Source of the DNA: Enoplolaimus lenunculus
Taxonomy: Eukaryota
Direction: 5' to 3'
Assembly: GCA_030248215.1 (NCBI GenBank)
Contig: JASANG010003092.1
Location: forward strand, 248,001-312,000
Length of the DNA stretch: 64,000 nt
A program made the translations under genes and the position numbers. This document shows positions 1 to 13,845 of this stretch, in pieces (the first letter of the stretch is position 1; every line of letters starts with the position of its first letter). Below the pieces are notes generated by a model that did no database searches, was not told the origin of the DNA, and saw nothing but the letters and a program-made list of their open reading frames with translations.

Positions 1-479
1 AAAATTTTAGAACATCATACAAGGATTTGAAATGATTTACATGCAAGATTGAAACTTTTCTAGACGGGCCGAAATTTTTACTAGGAGGGCTAAGCTCCCC
101 TGATCCACTCTACTATGGGCTCGTCAGATTGAAACTTTACCCGCAGGCACCCGTGTGCACCCGCGCCGCGGACAGACGTGTATCAGACGGGTTATAAATT
201 AACAGTTTTTACCCGCGCCAAACCTTTAAGAGTTAAATTGCAAAACATACAGTGTTGAATAAGCAAAAGTCCTGTGCTTTACTAAGTTGGGTTTGAAATT
301 TTGTTTCTAGTAAACATTCATGTGTAAAATTCATTAGAGCTATACCGCAAAACTTCATTAAAGAGCAAATCACTAGAGATCTATAAAATACTGGTTAAAT
401 TCTGGCTCGGGTAAAAAAATGTTATTTGCCTGGGTAAAGTGCGGGTCGGGTAAAAAATCCCTACCCACATCCGACTCTG

Positions 480-1208
480 CACACAAAAAATATTTGCTGG
501 TATTCAAGAAATATTTTCTTAAATTCAACACAATAATGCCTTAATCTAGAATCCATACATAAATGTCTTGAATGCAAGACATTAATACATTAATAGTTTA
601 CGCAATTTTTCAGTAATCTGTGTCTGAAATTTTTAACACTTAAATATGTTAAGAGTGTCATTTAAAAACGATTAAGACAAATAAATATTTCTGAAATACA
701 TGGCAAATATATCTGAAATATAAGACAAATATGTCTGATATAAAAGACTTGTTTTGCTGATCTTTGAGACATATGTCTTAGAAACAAGATTTGCCAGAGA
801 AGTCGCCTTCAAGATTGGGAGTTAAGCTCAAGCAAATTCCCTAATTTTACAACCTAACATACGTCCAAGACATAAACGTATGTTGGAGGAGCCTGAGCTC
901 AACCCGAAATATCTTTCAAATTCGATTTATTTACTCTCTTAAAAATATCAGAGGAAGCAACTTTTTTACATACATAAAAATCAGAAAATAAATTGTTGAA
1001 TGAAAGACAATATTTCTTGAAAGGAAGAAATTTGTCTTATAAATTGTATATAGTAATTTTTTGAATATAAGACATTTAACTTAAACCATTTCAGACACAA
1101 ATTTCTCAGTTGGTTAAGGCCATTAATGTATGAAATACAAGACTTTAATGTGTTGAAAAATTAACAAAAAAGGATTCTTGAAATTTCAAGGTAAACTTAT
1201 TTTGCGTG
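480..1208. mobile_element. AT-rich CAC...GTG-terminated non-autonomous DNA element (CMC-like), degraded
   Basis: Ends CACACAAAAAATA ... TATTTTGCGTG, with internal AAGAC/GTCTT and TTCTTGAA subrepeats in both orientations. TSD not clear. Confidence 0.35.
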
Positions 1209-2496
1209 GGGGTCGTACATATTGTATTTTAACAGCGACTTTTGCTGCTTCATATTTTCTAACACATAGGCGTATTTGCATCAATAATTGAAATTCGGTT
1301 GTTTTTCTTGCTTTTATGAACTCAGGTTATGGTTTGCTGACGTATGGTGATAACCAGGGGCAGATCCTGACCAAACGCAGTTTTGAGATCGACTAATGTT
1401 TCTCAATTCAAGGTGTTGAGCTTTGAAACACTCGGCACGGCCTCGTTGAAGGTGGGTCTTGAAACTGTGGCCTCACTGGCTTCTAAAAGCAAGACCCACT
1501 GAAACAGACGGTAAATGCATCATGTAAATGAAATTTAGAAAAATTGAAATAGCGAAGTTGGAGATTCGAAACAAACAAAAATAAACGAAATACACCTCGT
1601 AATCAAAATATATCTGAGACAAATCGCAAAATTTTGTATAAATACTCTCAGACCCGAAAATGCTCTTCAAATACTCAGTGCCGAGTTTCATTCAGTGAAT
1701 TCATGTTTTCAAACTGCACAAAATAAGTCTGCACACACCACTGATGCATTCAACGTAGAGCCACTCAAGCTAACGCCCCCACTAACAATCAAACTAATAT
1801 TTGGTATTAAAGTTTAGTTATAAAACTGTGCTTGACATCTCGCTCGCTTTGTTGCTGAGTTGTTTTTCATTCTTATATATAGCATAGCCCTACTGGATTA
1901 CGGCTTCAAAAATTAGTTGAAATTGATTACCGTAGCGGCAAACAGTGAAAATTTACGCCTTTTAATATCAACAACGTAACTATCAAATTTCTGAATTAGG
2001 CAGTTAATAAAATACGAGGATCAAGATTCAAGAATTGTGACAACCACGACAAATTTTTTTTCAAATGCATTGGAGACGTCGGCCCTACTGGCCCTCTTCA
2101 GGAACGGCTCTCGCACAGCCATATTTTGGTTAGGTCTGACTTTGTCGTACTAAATAGGCTTAATAATTCAGAACCCAAAAGTGAACATTTGAGGCCGAGT
2201 ATTTTGTTTAAACTTTAAACTTCATTTGTCATTCTAGGTAAAATATCAATGTTTGTCTCTATCGCGAGGTATAACTGAATAACAGTTGCTAAATAGGGGT
2301 GTATGCAACGGGATAAATATTGAACGTATGTATAACTCTAAATCCGTAGTGGGATGTGATAAATGCAGTTTTTATCGTCTTTAAAATTAAGGAAACAAAT
2401 CAAACTATTATAACTCGTTTATATACGTTTCTCACATGCCGCAAGTCTCAAGTTAAGTTGTCCCTTTCGAAATGAAATCAATACTATCCTCACACC

Positions 2497-2786
2497 GGCC
2501 CATGTTACTTTGCAGGGCCTCCAAGTTTCTGGTGGGTCTATAACCGAGTAGATTTAGATTCTAGATTACACTTTTTTTGCTTAGGCTTAGCCTTAGGAAG
2601 TCAATTACACTTTTTTGCTTAGGCTTAGGCTTGGGAACTCATTTTTACAACGCTTAGGCTTAGAAATACGATTAGTCTACTGTTACGCACCTAAAAGTAA
2701 CATTAGCATTAACACCTGTTTTTTACAACGCTTAGGCTTAGAAATACGATTAGTCTACTGTTACGCCTCTAAAAGTAACATTGGCG
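2497..2786. mobile_element. MITE with GG termini and 8-bp TSD (Merlin-like) carrying TTAGGC repeats
   Basis: TIRs GGCCCATGTTACTTT ... AAAGTAACATTGGCG; flanks ctcacacc/ttcacacc; internal CTTAGGCTTAGG. Includes a 78-bp tandem duplication (2642-2797) of the right end. Related copies near 3490-3620, 8678-8839, 26970-27086, 33460-33535, 34541-34699, 34740-34850, 35140-35302, 35620-35760 and 56380-56545. Confidence 0.7.
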
Positions 2787-3030
2787 TTCACACCTGTTTT
2801 TAAAAATTAAGTATTCGAAAGTTTTTGGATGGTAACTTATATATACTTTGCGTTTAAAAGTTTTAATCAAGAAAACAAGCCGTCAGAGTGTAAAACATTG
2901 AAAAATCCGCGTTACGGTCCAAGAACTTGACCAATGTTTTGCAATTTTTCAAGAAATAATGAAATAAACTACTTCAACTAAGGACGCACTTTGAAATGGG
3001 AGGTGTTCAACGGTAAACCACATTTGCAAA

Positions 3031-3324
3031 CAGAGGCGGATAACAAAAAATTCTGACTGCGGGGCTGGGCTGGCAAACGTTATAAATCCCAAAATTTGTA
3101 ATATACGCATTTTATCATTTTATCACCAATAAATTTTGCTAAGGGGAAAAATTTAAGGTTTTGTCACAAAAATTTTTTTGAAAATAAAAATTTTATTTAT
3201 TGCCAAAAAAATTTTCTAGGGCGGAAAATTGTAAGGTGTGCGTGCACCTACCATTTTGTCATAAACAATTCTGACGGGGGAGGGTGTACGCTCCCCCCTC
3301 CCGGCCCATCTGGATCCGCTAGTG
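3031..3324. mobile_element. hAT-like MITE
   Basis: Termini CAGAGGCGGAT ... ATCCGCTAGTG; perfect 8-bp TSD tttgcaaa. Confidence 0.75.
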
Positions 3325-4793
3325 TTTGCAAATTGATCGCCAAGCAATATCCAATAGAATATTCTCTGTCTATATAACTTCGAGTTCATTCGTTATGATT
3401 TCAATGTCAATAAGGTGAAACCAATAATTCGGGACAAAAAGTTTAACACAACACGCGATGGATGTTGCTGGTGATCTTAACACCGTTTTATTATATTTTT
3501 AAGCCTAAGCGTAAGAACGAGCTTTTACCTAAGCCTAAGCAAAAATCTAGTTTAAAGTAGTTTACTCTATTCCAGACCCACGAAAAAATGTTCCGCCCAC
3601 GATCTTTACATAAGCCAGCGTTAGGAATGTATATCGACTTGGTAAATGATACGCATTACGAGCGTACCGTTAGAGTCGCCGGTGGGACCACGCGTCTAAG
3701 CACTCTTGTTTTAGGTATAGCTACCTAGTGCCTTTATTCAGTAACCGTTTAACAATCTGGTAATTTTATTTTAAGATGAAACGCGTATGCAGGGGTGTTT
3801 TCGGGTCAACTACCCTTTGAAATTTTGGTCAACGGTTCTTAAAGAACATTTTTCGGTTGGTAACGCACGAAACATTCCGCCGTAAATTTTATACAATGTA
3901 ACCCATCAGGTTCGAAATGCAAGAGGCTACGCCTACGTTTAACGAGACAATATTTTAACTGTTTTTCAATACATGTCAACATCCACTCAAATTGCTGAGT
4001 CCTTCATTGGTCTCGGAACAGGTACTGAACACCATATAGATAACTTTAAGTTTAGTTGAAGAATACTTGGTATTTCAGGGTTTGCAAATTGAAATATTGA
4101 TTAAAAAATGAGTTATGTCACGCGACTCGCCTTGTTATCATTTGGTTCAACCAAACGAATTACACAACTACTGCTCATCACCACAGCGTTGAGTCAACTG
4201 CTGAATGTTACCGATTCGGACTTAGTGCTCGGAAACGTTCTATATCGTCCTGGCAAGCGGTCTGAGCAGCCGCTGAAGACACTGGATATTTCGTGGCGTT
4301 ACTCTCCGATTGAAAATTTCATCAATGAAATAAATCGAAGCGAGTGGAACGATGCTAACATTGCTCAAAAGCGACAAAACAAATATACCGGTACGCCGAA
4401 CTCCAGGTGTAGCTAAGCTTTCATTTCGTAAGGATATATTCAATTAAGGCCAATGCTGACAAATGATGACTGAGAAAAAAATTTTAATTATAAACACAGA
4501 AAATACGCTAACTCCATTTCTAAATAATAACTGTTTGTTCAGCTTTTGTCGTTTTGTTACAAATATACATAATACAACGAATGACCCGTGCTTTGTTGAG
4601 CTGTATGAAGCTTCGAGCATTTGCAGTACAAGTATTCGCAGAAATTGCAAAAGGTGCAACCGTTGGTTGAAAGACACTATAGACTGAAGGAAATAATAAA
4701 TTTATTGAATACAATTCTTTTAAAAAATAAAAACTTTACAACCGAAATTGCAGGAACCTGCGTCCAAAATTTGTACCAAAACCAAGAAGGAAC

Positions 4794-4907
4794 CAGACCA
4801 ATAGCCAAAGGGGGAGCCAGGGGGCTCATCCCACCTAGAAAAATTTTGCCCCCTCCTGAAAAATTTTTTAGCCAACCCCCCACCAAGGTGAGCTGGCTAC
4901 GAGCCTG
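4794..4907. mobile_element. Short hAT-like MITE
   Basis: Termini CAGACCAATAGCCA ... TGGCTACGAGCCTG; 8-bp TSD gaaggaac/gaaagaac. Confidence 0.6.
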
Positions 4908-6517
4908 GAAAGAACATTTTATGGAAGAACCGCCTGCCGCCCTCCAGTGTTATTTTGAACTGTGGTATCGCATGAGATTATTGTTTGTTGTTGTTATATT
5001 TACTTTATAGATTTGTACAATTGTTGCAGGTCAAAACAACAAAATTTGGTTGAACCGCGTTCGACTTAACCAACCGCTACGAACCGATTGAAGTTTAGAG
5101 GGATTACGCGAGTACAGCTGCCTTGAAATTATATACAATTTGCACGCTTAGCTTGTGTCGTCAAATGTACGAGTTTCTGTTTCCACTGATACCTTTCTCG
5201 TACTGAACGCAGCTTCTTCTTTTAATTCATACAAAATTTAAGTCGACATTTTAAGCAATTCGAAACAGTGTTTTTACGGTTTGGCCAAAAATTATCTTAA
5301 TCTTACAATTTTAACTTATTGAAAATTTACAGAATAGTCTTCTGCCGTTCAAATTAAAAAATGCTAAGCTTGCCATTTTAAGCCAGAGATATAATATATT
5401 TCGCAGTATTATAACGGTGCATGCAGGCAATTTGGTAGTTTTACCATTCAGTTTGTTTACTGTGTTAAACTTTTCGTAAATGATTTCATGGTTTAATCAT
5501 CAACGATAAGTACCATATCATAATAATATGATTACGTTTATTAGCTGAATAAAAAAACCGCAGTAATAGATGCTTAAAACTCAGGGAAGAGTAAACAATC
5601 GTAAAAATAAGGGTGTGGATTTAGGGGTTTCCGTGACCGATAACATCCCAGACCCGCGCAAGATCGTAATTTTTTTGTAGTTGAATACAAAAAAAGCGCC
5701 TGGTTTTTCGTTCGCTTCGCTCGCTAAATATGACTTTAGAGTGAGGTAGCGCAGCAAAACGCTTGAGTACGGCATTGATATAGATACCACATATTACGTA
5801 TATACAGTATAAACGGATAGAAAAATAACGGAAACGGATATGGAAATGCAAAAATTTTGAAAATGTTTTAGTTTTCAGCCAACACAATTTTATAGACGTG
5901 CATATATTCACCGGCCTTTCAAAAATTTTAAAGAAAATAATGACGAATGCATCAAAAATTTTTAATATTCCTCGTGAATTTCGCAATTTTTTTATCTCAT
6001 TTCGAACAATTTCAGCCTGCTTAATATGTACGTAACTTAAAACTTCCGTTGAACTTATAAAATAGCCGAATTTCCCCGTATTTCTGTAACAATAAACGGA
6101 CAAAGATTTTTACGGGAAAACAATATCCAGTTAGACTCTGCATATATACATCTAAAATGCTCAACCTCGCACAGACCCTCATCAGATTATACGAATACCT
6201 GTGAATCCACAGAAAACCTAAATTGTAAAACTTTCGTTTTGTTGTCATGCATGAAACTTCAGTTCGGAGAAGAAAATTTGAAAACGGAAATAACGAGCGA
6301 CAAAAGCCATGCTGTATAAACATTAAACAGACGTCTAATCCGAGATGGTTTGGCAAGTGACAATCCACATTTCGGACGAAATTTTATCACGTTCAACCCA
6401 ATATTCCAGCCATACCCAAACCAAGACGATACTAAATTAGCTGTCACATACTTGAATTGCATTTAGCTTTGTCAAACAAATAACATAGTAAATTTGAACT
6501 GCAAGTTTTCGACTTAC

Positions 6518-9500
6518 CCTTTATGAGGATAAACAGCAAGTGCACGAGGTAGCTTAAATACGCCTGTATACAGGGTTTTCCGTAAAGTTCCGTCCAAATT
6601 TTGAACAATCATATCCGTATGTCGTAGTGAATAGAGTTTTCTGTAATCATTAATGGAAACATTTTCAATTACTTTATAAAATAGGATTTTTAATTATTTT
6701 GTAATTTAACGGTCGTTAAAGTACGTTCCTAACAAGCCAATGGTATTCGTAATTAATTCTGCAATTGTGGGATTATTTCAATATTTTATTGCGATTTTTG
6801 CAAAACGAGTACGACGGCTATGTGTTGCTCGAGTGTCATTGATAAATTTTAATAAATTATTTTTTCAACGTTAAGCCAAGGTCGCAGGCAGCCCGAAAAC
6901 AGGGTCCAGGAGTTACGAACATTTCGTTGTGCGACCAGAAGTTATCGCAAAATTTTTCAGCTGTAACACAAGGAACTACTCTGGAAGTTTATACAGAACG
7001 AAAGTTTGTTTGCTACTCTTCGAAATTTAAATAAAACGTAAACCACATTTCTAACGCACGGGGAACACCCCTGCTATTGCGTTCAAAAACTCTCGACACA
7101 GGAGTTGAAATCTTACCATTTTAACACAAATAAATGCTGACGGGTGGCGCACGCCTCCCCCCAGTTCCCCCTCTCGATCCGCTACTGGAGACACACCTGC
7201 CTATCCAATCTAACGCAATGCCTTCTGTCCCATCTACGTCAAGCTCCTGCAAGGTTTGTGGAAACGCTCCTTCAAAGCGAATGCGCTGAATTTTGTTCGA
7301 GCCAATATCAACATAGTACAGTCGCTTTTCCTAGAAAATTTTAAAAATAATTTAGTGAAAGTACTAAAGTTTTAAACTCTGCGCAAACATGTAGCTTATT
7401 CAATAAATTGCCAGCTTATAATATTTGCGTATGTTGGATTAAAAATGTAATATATATTACAATTGTCCCGGGGCCGGACCCGGCGCCGTAGTTAGAGTGT
7501 ACCGGGGCCGGTGCCATGCGGTATCATGGACGGTGCCAGAAAAACAACGTCCCGTGGTTCAATTTAACCAAAATCCGAACGCAACACAGTAAGTTTGTAC
7601 ATTACCATAGGCAAGATGTTGCGTGACGCGATATACCAAACAACAAATGCATTAATAACACAAACTTCGCAACATTGGAGTATCAACAAAATGTCGCGTA
7701 ACGCGATATGATAATAACGGTACCGTACTCCCAGGTACACGCTTACGTAAAAGGTATTTAACATTTGAAGTTTAGTGTATTTTGATGGCACCGGATAAAA
7801 TCCTGGCCCCGGGTCATCTTTAATATATGTATATAGATATATAAGGTTACTATCCGAAATTTTTAGCCAACCACAATTCTCAAAGGGTGAATCCAAGAAT
7901 TCATTCCGGAAGATATTGAAATTTCAAGCTTCAAATTTTTACTAGCAAGTGCACCGAGCGATAAAAAATTAACCTCAAGCATGCAGTATATGTTTCAAAA
8001 AATTTTTTTCTGTCAGCTTACCCGAACATCAATATCGATCATTGCCGCCTTCTGAAGTCCAGCTCTTAGAAGTTGAAAGTTTTCGCCATCTTCCGAAATG
8101 TTCCATATGCTTTGTCCGTGAGCAAATAAAATTGAAACGGGAGCTGAAAAAAACGATAATTATACGTAAAAAACAACAAAACATGGACATAAGAGCCGTT
8201 AATTAAACTCGAGCTCACAATACACAGATGGAACCAGGAAGCATGGATCAGGATCAATTTCGCCGAAACGTGGAACAAAACTAACATCCTTTATCCTTTC
8301 GTACACAGGATCGATTGGTAAGCGTTTCCAGCGCGTAATACTTATCGTCACAGGCGCATTTATACGATCCCAATGTATTGATGCAAAGTTGACTGCAGAG
8401 TCCAAAATTGTTTACGCATTCATCGAAATCTAAAAATTAAAAATACAACTGTCAAGAATAATATTATAAATGCGTATATATATAGAAATCAGATTTAATT
8501 TTTCGCTAATGAATAAAAACTAATGTGTTTTATACTTATGTAATCAGGTGAACCAGCTGCTTTGAGCTGTGGCATCAGTAAAAATATGCGACAGTTTCGC
8601 AATTAAAACTATTCGAATTATAGCCAAATTTGCAGTAAATGCTAAAACAAAAAATCCGTGATATTAATCATTTCTTCCGCCAATGTTACTTTTAGGGCGT
8701 AGATCACGCATATTCCAAAACCTAAACGTAAACCAATGTGTTTATCCTAAACCTAAGCAAAAAATAGTCTGAAGTTTAACCCTACTCTATTGCATGCAGT
8801 CGCTCAATAAATGGGGCTGCCCTAAAAGTAACATGGACCCTTTCATGTATAGAGTATAATATGCAGCTAATTGCAAACGGTGCACATGCAATTAGTACTC
8901 AGTACATAGTATATAACACAAGTATGTGTAGCACAAAATCTTCACAAGACCTGAGACACCCCTCAGATTTGGGCGTAGTGCCGACGATAGCGTTCCGCAA
9001 ACCCCCCAAATGGAGGTAAGCCGACCCCGGCGGCGCCAATCGTGGAAACTAAAAATTGTATCGCAGACCACTGGAAACTCCGTCGGACCTGTTTCGGAAC
9101 ACTATTCTAACACCAGCGTTGTTCTAGCGTCAAGTTCCTATATTGAATGCGGACGGTAAACGCTGACCAACAGTGAGGATTGCGTTCAAATCCAAGCGAA
9201 ATGAAAAAACAGCAAATTTTCAATTGAAGTATTTCGAACTTTGTTTCGCGTGCTAAATTAACGCAAAAACGCGACAATTAAATATAAACAGAACTTGTAA
9301 ACTTGCTTACCTTCACATTTGGATTTGTCACGACTCAAATTGTACCCGTCACGGCAATGACATTCACCATGTTTATTGCAAATTGGCTCAGACGGATCCA
9401 CTAAAACAAGAAATAGACGTTCACAAAATAGCAATTACACGTCGTAATAAGGAAATGCCAAATAAGTAAAATTAGGTAATTTTTTCAGACAATTTTCATA

Positions 9501-12500
9501 AAACTTGAAATATATATTTGCATCAAACTTTTTAGGACAGCGATTTGTAAGTCAAAAACTACAGCCAAAACAGACGTCACCAGTTAGGTTTGGAGGGGTC
9601 ACCAAAAGTTTTGGGGGAAACCTCGAGCGTGAGCAGGCCTATTACCCCATGGTTGTTTAACATTTGAAACTGTTTTAAGATATAAATATTTAAATAATTT
9701 TAATTTATGTATAAGCAAATAACGCCCATATGCAAATTTGTGGCATATGTTTTTGGTTAAACTTCAACTGGTGTTGATAACTACCTAATCAGCCACTGAA
9801 CGCTATTACAAGATTTTAATTTTAAACAACAAAACCGTCTGTATAAGGATATAAAATCAACAATGGCGTCGAACAATTTCAAAAATTTAAAATATCCCGA
9901 GTTCGTGGTGTACATCTACCGGTGCAAACTATCCTAAATAAATAATCTAAAAACTGCTCTTATTCCTCAAATATTAAAGCTTTGGCTTAGGTTTATTTTT
10001 AAGCTTAATAAGACACTTTTCTACTTCTAAATAGAAAGACATTTAAGAAACGACGGGGAATTAATTCAAACTATAATCCAAAGAGTATCACATTCTAGCT
10101 TTCCAAAACTGTTAAGCTTAAGCCTTTGCTTAACCCTTAATTTTAAATGCGACTAAGTATACAAGAGTACGGAAAACTTCGTAACAAACATACATTCTTC
10201 TAAATTGGTGCAATTTGCAATACCAACAGTTGTTGATCGCACTGTAACTTCACGCTTCACTGACCAACCTTCAGATCCGCACGTTTTCACAAAATGATCC
10301 TAAAAATTATGAATCTAATGTAACCTACAAAAATATTAGAAAATGCAAATTGCAATAATAAAAGCGTTATACCGCAGCCTTTCAAAATTCGATATCTTAG
10401 CATAATGTGTTTCTGAGCTTGCGAAAATCTTATCTATCGAACGCACTAGTGGGACACAAAATTTATCAGCATTGATACAGTTACAAAATTACTTCTCGCT
10501 AATAGGATCATTCGATCGTGATAAAATTTCTGTGGCTCTTGTACATGTCCTCGTCACAAGCTTAAACGTAACGCCTATACCCGAAGCGTTAGCGATGCCA
10601 AAATTTAAAAATTTCAAAAATTGCGCTAAGGAAATGAACAAGAGCAATTCCAGCGTACTTACAAGTGACACTTTTGTCACAGAACTGCGTGTAGGATGTT
10701 GATCTGGCTGCGAGACTGGACCCCATATTAACGTATTAACCAGCGGCACAACAGATTATTAAAAATAGAAAGCACATAAGGGGAGGCGCAATATATAACA
10801 GCGAAAAAAGCTGACCGCTACATGGGGTAAAGGGGTGGTAGCTGCGCTGATGCTTTTCCCCGTTAAAATGACAATAAGTTTCACCTTAACACACTTAAAA
10901 TAGCCCCGAATGGCGTCACACGATGCTTCGTTACGTTCGTCATTGGTGCCGTTCAGTGTATTCAGTGCAATTTCGCGCAAATGCGAAGTAACTTTACGCT
11001 CACAACTAATAATCGACGGATGGCGTTCTTGAGTTGCCAAGCAGCGATAAGTTGAGGTAAAGTTTTGTTTCACTTCTGCACTACAAACGTAGTCGTAGAC
11101 AGATTCAACACTGGCGACAAATCGTCTGAAATGTGCAAAATTGCTATGCTTTTACGGGCCAGGAGCTTCAGCGAATGGAAAGGACGTAAACGTTTTTTGT
11201 TTAAAGCAGGACAAAAATTAGCCGAGTCGACCGTAAACAGCATGGTTAAAATTGATGATGAGGTTCGAAACTGTTTTTATCGCCGTTAATACAAAATTGT
11301 GTTCAGAAAAGTTGGGACTTTAGTGAATGAAAAGCACTCGGTTTTATTATTTGAACCAGGAAAACTTTAGGCTTGCCGACCGTAATCAACTTGCTTACAG
11401 AGTTGGCGATGTAGTTCGAAATTGCTATTTATCACCACCCTTCGCCGATGTTTAACAAAAAAATCACTGGAAGAGTTTTATAGACCGCGACTGTCTCGTG
11501 CCTGGATTGTAACCCTCTCATTTTTCAGGTTCAAGCTCTGAAATTTAATGAGAGTTAAATAAATTATTTTGTAACATTCCATGGTTTCATCAACTGTTTA
11601 CTGCACAGTCTGATACAAAACGAATCCGAACAGTTTATGCGCTCGTTCGCCTAGAAAGAAGTATAACGACTAATATTTGAAATTAGGCGTCATGTAGATG
11701 TACTGGAAAACCGTGGTTTAGATACAAATTAACTTCGAAAAGGTATAACCATTATTCAGTGGCAAAATTTGCGAGCGAAATGTTTTTAACACTGAAATTT
11801 CAGCAGCATATATTTAACTCCCTATATACATCTCGTATATTTCCATATTTTGAAATACTGCTGACATTATCCCATAAGCCCTTTATGTTGTTGTGAAGCG
11901 CTTTTTAAAATGCACCCGGTCAAATTTTGCAATCAACACTTTTTGAAAATGTTTCAAAAGAAAAATATCGAGGGCGTTTCAAAGCATTTGACCATGGATG
12001 ATTACTGTGAAATGTTATTTTATTTCAGGCTCAAGCAAGCGGCGTCAAACCACCAAATGGTGTCTTACTTGCATGCCCTGCGAATTGATAACGGAGCACA
12101 ATTTTTATAATCGCTGTAAAGTGAACAAATTAAATTCGGATCCGCTGTTGGACCACTTCGAGAATACTGTTTGGTGTATCTATAACAAATATATTTGATA
12201 TGTTTATATGAAGCGAACTGAAGAGTCCTCAAATTTATGCTAGCGCTGACTTGAAGAATAAGCAACTTAAAAAAAACAACACAGGCCTACTGGCATACTG
12301 TTTGTATTGCCAGCTTAAGGCCTAAGCTTATATAAGCCTAAGCTTCTTTCTTTGTTTATGTTAACAAAAACTTTGAAAATTTCAAAAATTAAAAATTTCA
12401 ACAGAAATATTTACCCTACCGGGATGACTTTCAAATTTCGATCTGTAGGGTTGTTTTTGGATTGAATATAGCAACAGTTTACGTTTTAACTCTGGACTTC

Positions 12501-13845
12501 GACTTGAGGCTTAAATTCATGCTTAGGCTTAGGTGTAGTTTTATCTAAGCTTAAGTCTATGTAGCCTAAGCTTTTAGCAAACCTTTTAGTCTTACTCCTA
12601 AATGTGGAGGGAACACGCAAGAGCCAACGTTTTTGGTAAAATTTTCTCGAATGCTATTTCCAACCGTAAACATGTCAACTTGTTACAAAATGTCAAAATT
12701 ATTAATACAAAAACAAAAAAAGCGTCGAAAATTTTAACAAATTTTGCTCGAAATTTCAACTGAGAATTTTACTCGATTAATGGAGAAACACAACGCAACA
12801 CCAAAATTGAACTGAAATGATCGCAAGCTTCATCGTTGATTTCAAATGGACTGAACGGATCGTCACCAGTCGCTGCTGATAGTATTGAGTTGGCCGATTG
12901 ACCGTCTAAAATGTCGGTGTCAAATTTTGAAATCAGGCGATATTTTTCTTTTAATGGCACACTTGAGCATGGACGTAGCCAGGAGTTCGGAAAAAGGGGG
13001 TTACGTTATATAAAAATTTCAAAGGTGTGGGGCGTTTCTTGTGTTACAGGCTTAAAAAGTGTCAGAAAACCCCATTACAAAAATCCCAAATGAATTTGAT
13101 TTCTGGATCCCTCCTAGCTACGGCCTTCGACCATAATGAAAACTTCCAATACCCCTCTGATTAGCAAAGATAACAGTGGTGAATCCAAAAATTTCTTTAA
13201 GATGGGGCAGCACGATATATAATAGCGGAAAAAATTCGCGAGCGAAGCGAGCCAGAATCCAACCGACATTTAATTAACAAACCTTAATATCTTGGTCATG
13301 ATTGCTGTTGTGCAATGAAGCCGGTGTTGCTTGATTTAAAAAACAACGAGATAAATTCTTATTATTTTATAACATTTATTTGCCAATTATACGCTCAAAA
13401 AGTGCTTGTTGCAAATACATGTTATTGTATTTTTGCACGAATTTGAAGCGGTCGGCATATTTTTTTAAGAAGCATATTAAGCATCGATCAAGAATTTCGG
13501 TTGGTCTGAGTGAAAATCTCCAGCGGATAGAACGTATACCTGTTATGTTTTTACGTTTTCAAATACCTTACCCCACCAAAAAATATAAGTTTTATTAATT
13601 GGTTAAGTTGTGAATGTTGTGAAAAATCTCTGGTCAAAAATTCTGAGTCGGTATAAAACGAAAAGTTATTACAAATTTTACCGTACACGACTGTTAATAG
13701 GTCTGGTGAGAGCTATCAAGCAATAAATATCAGTTTATAAAATAGGTGAATTTTACCATTTTTAGACATGGACAGTCCGAAACTTACTTGATCCAAGTAC
13801 AAGCAACAACGTGAGCACTAACAAAATGAACTGGCGATGCTGCAT
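6518..13845 (-). CDS. LDL-receptor-like protein, 3'-incomplete: signal peptide + Cys-rich helical (DUF19/T20D4.11-like) domain + EGF + calcium-binding EGF + YWTD beta-propeller
   Basis: Ten phase-consistent GT-AG exons: 13845-13788, 12905-12773, 12179-12069, 11125-10885, 10299-10194, 9400-9311, 8429-8286, 8143-8022, 7330-7197, 6640-6518 (about 420 aa). Signal peptide MQHRQFILLVLTLLLVLGSNG. EGF: CNKHGECHCRDGYNLSRDKSKC. cbEGF: DFDECVNNFGLCSQLCINTLGSYKCAC. YWTD-type repeats: ILFAHGQSIWNI, RLYYVDIGSNKIQRI, EGIALDWIGRKLY, LPRALAVYPHKG. Next exon not found in 1-6517. Confidence 0.9.
7465..7815. repeat. Dispersed repeat (MITE-like) in an intron of the LDLR-like gene
   Basis: An inverted copy of the core (ATGTCGCGTAACGCGATAT...TACTCCCAGG, GTACCGGGGCC) lies at about 44350-44620, in C8orf82 intron 1. 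Confidence 0.6.

Noticed and set aside
3960..5250. Several 65-130 aa ORFs in the presumed long intron
   Set aside because: No recognisable domain or YWTD motifs, and interrupted by a MITE; probably decayed TE sequence.
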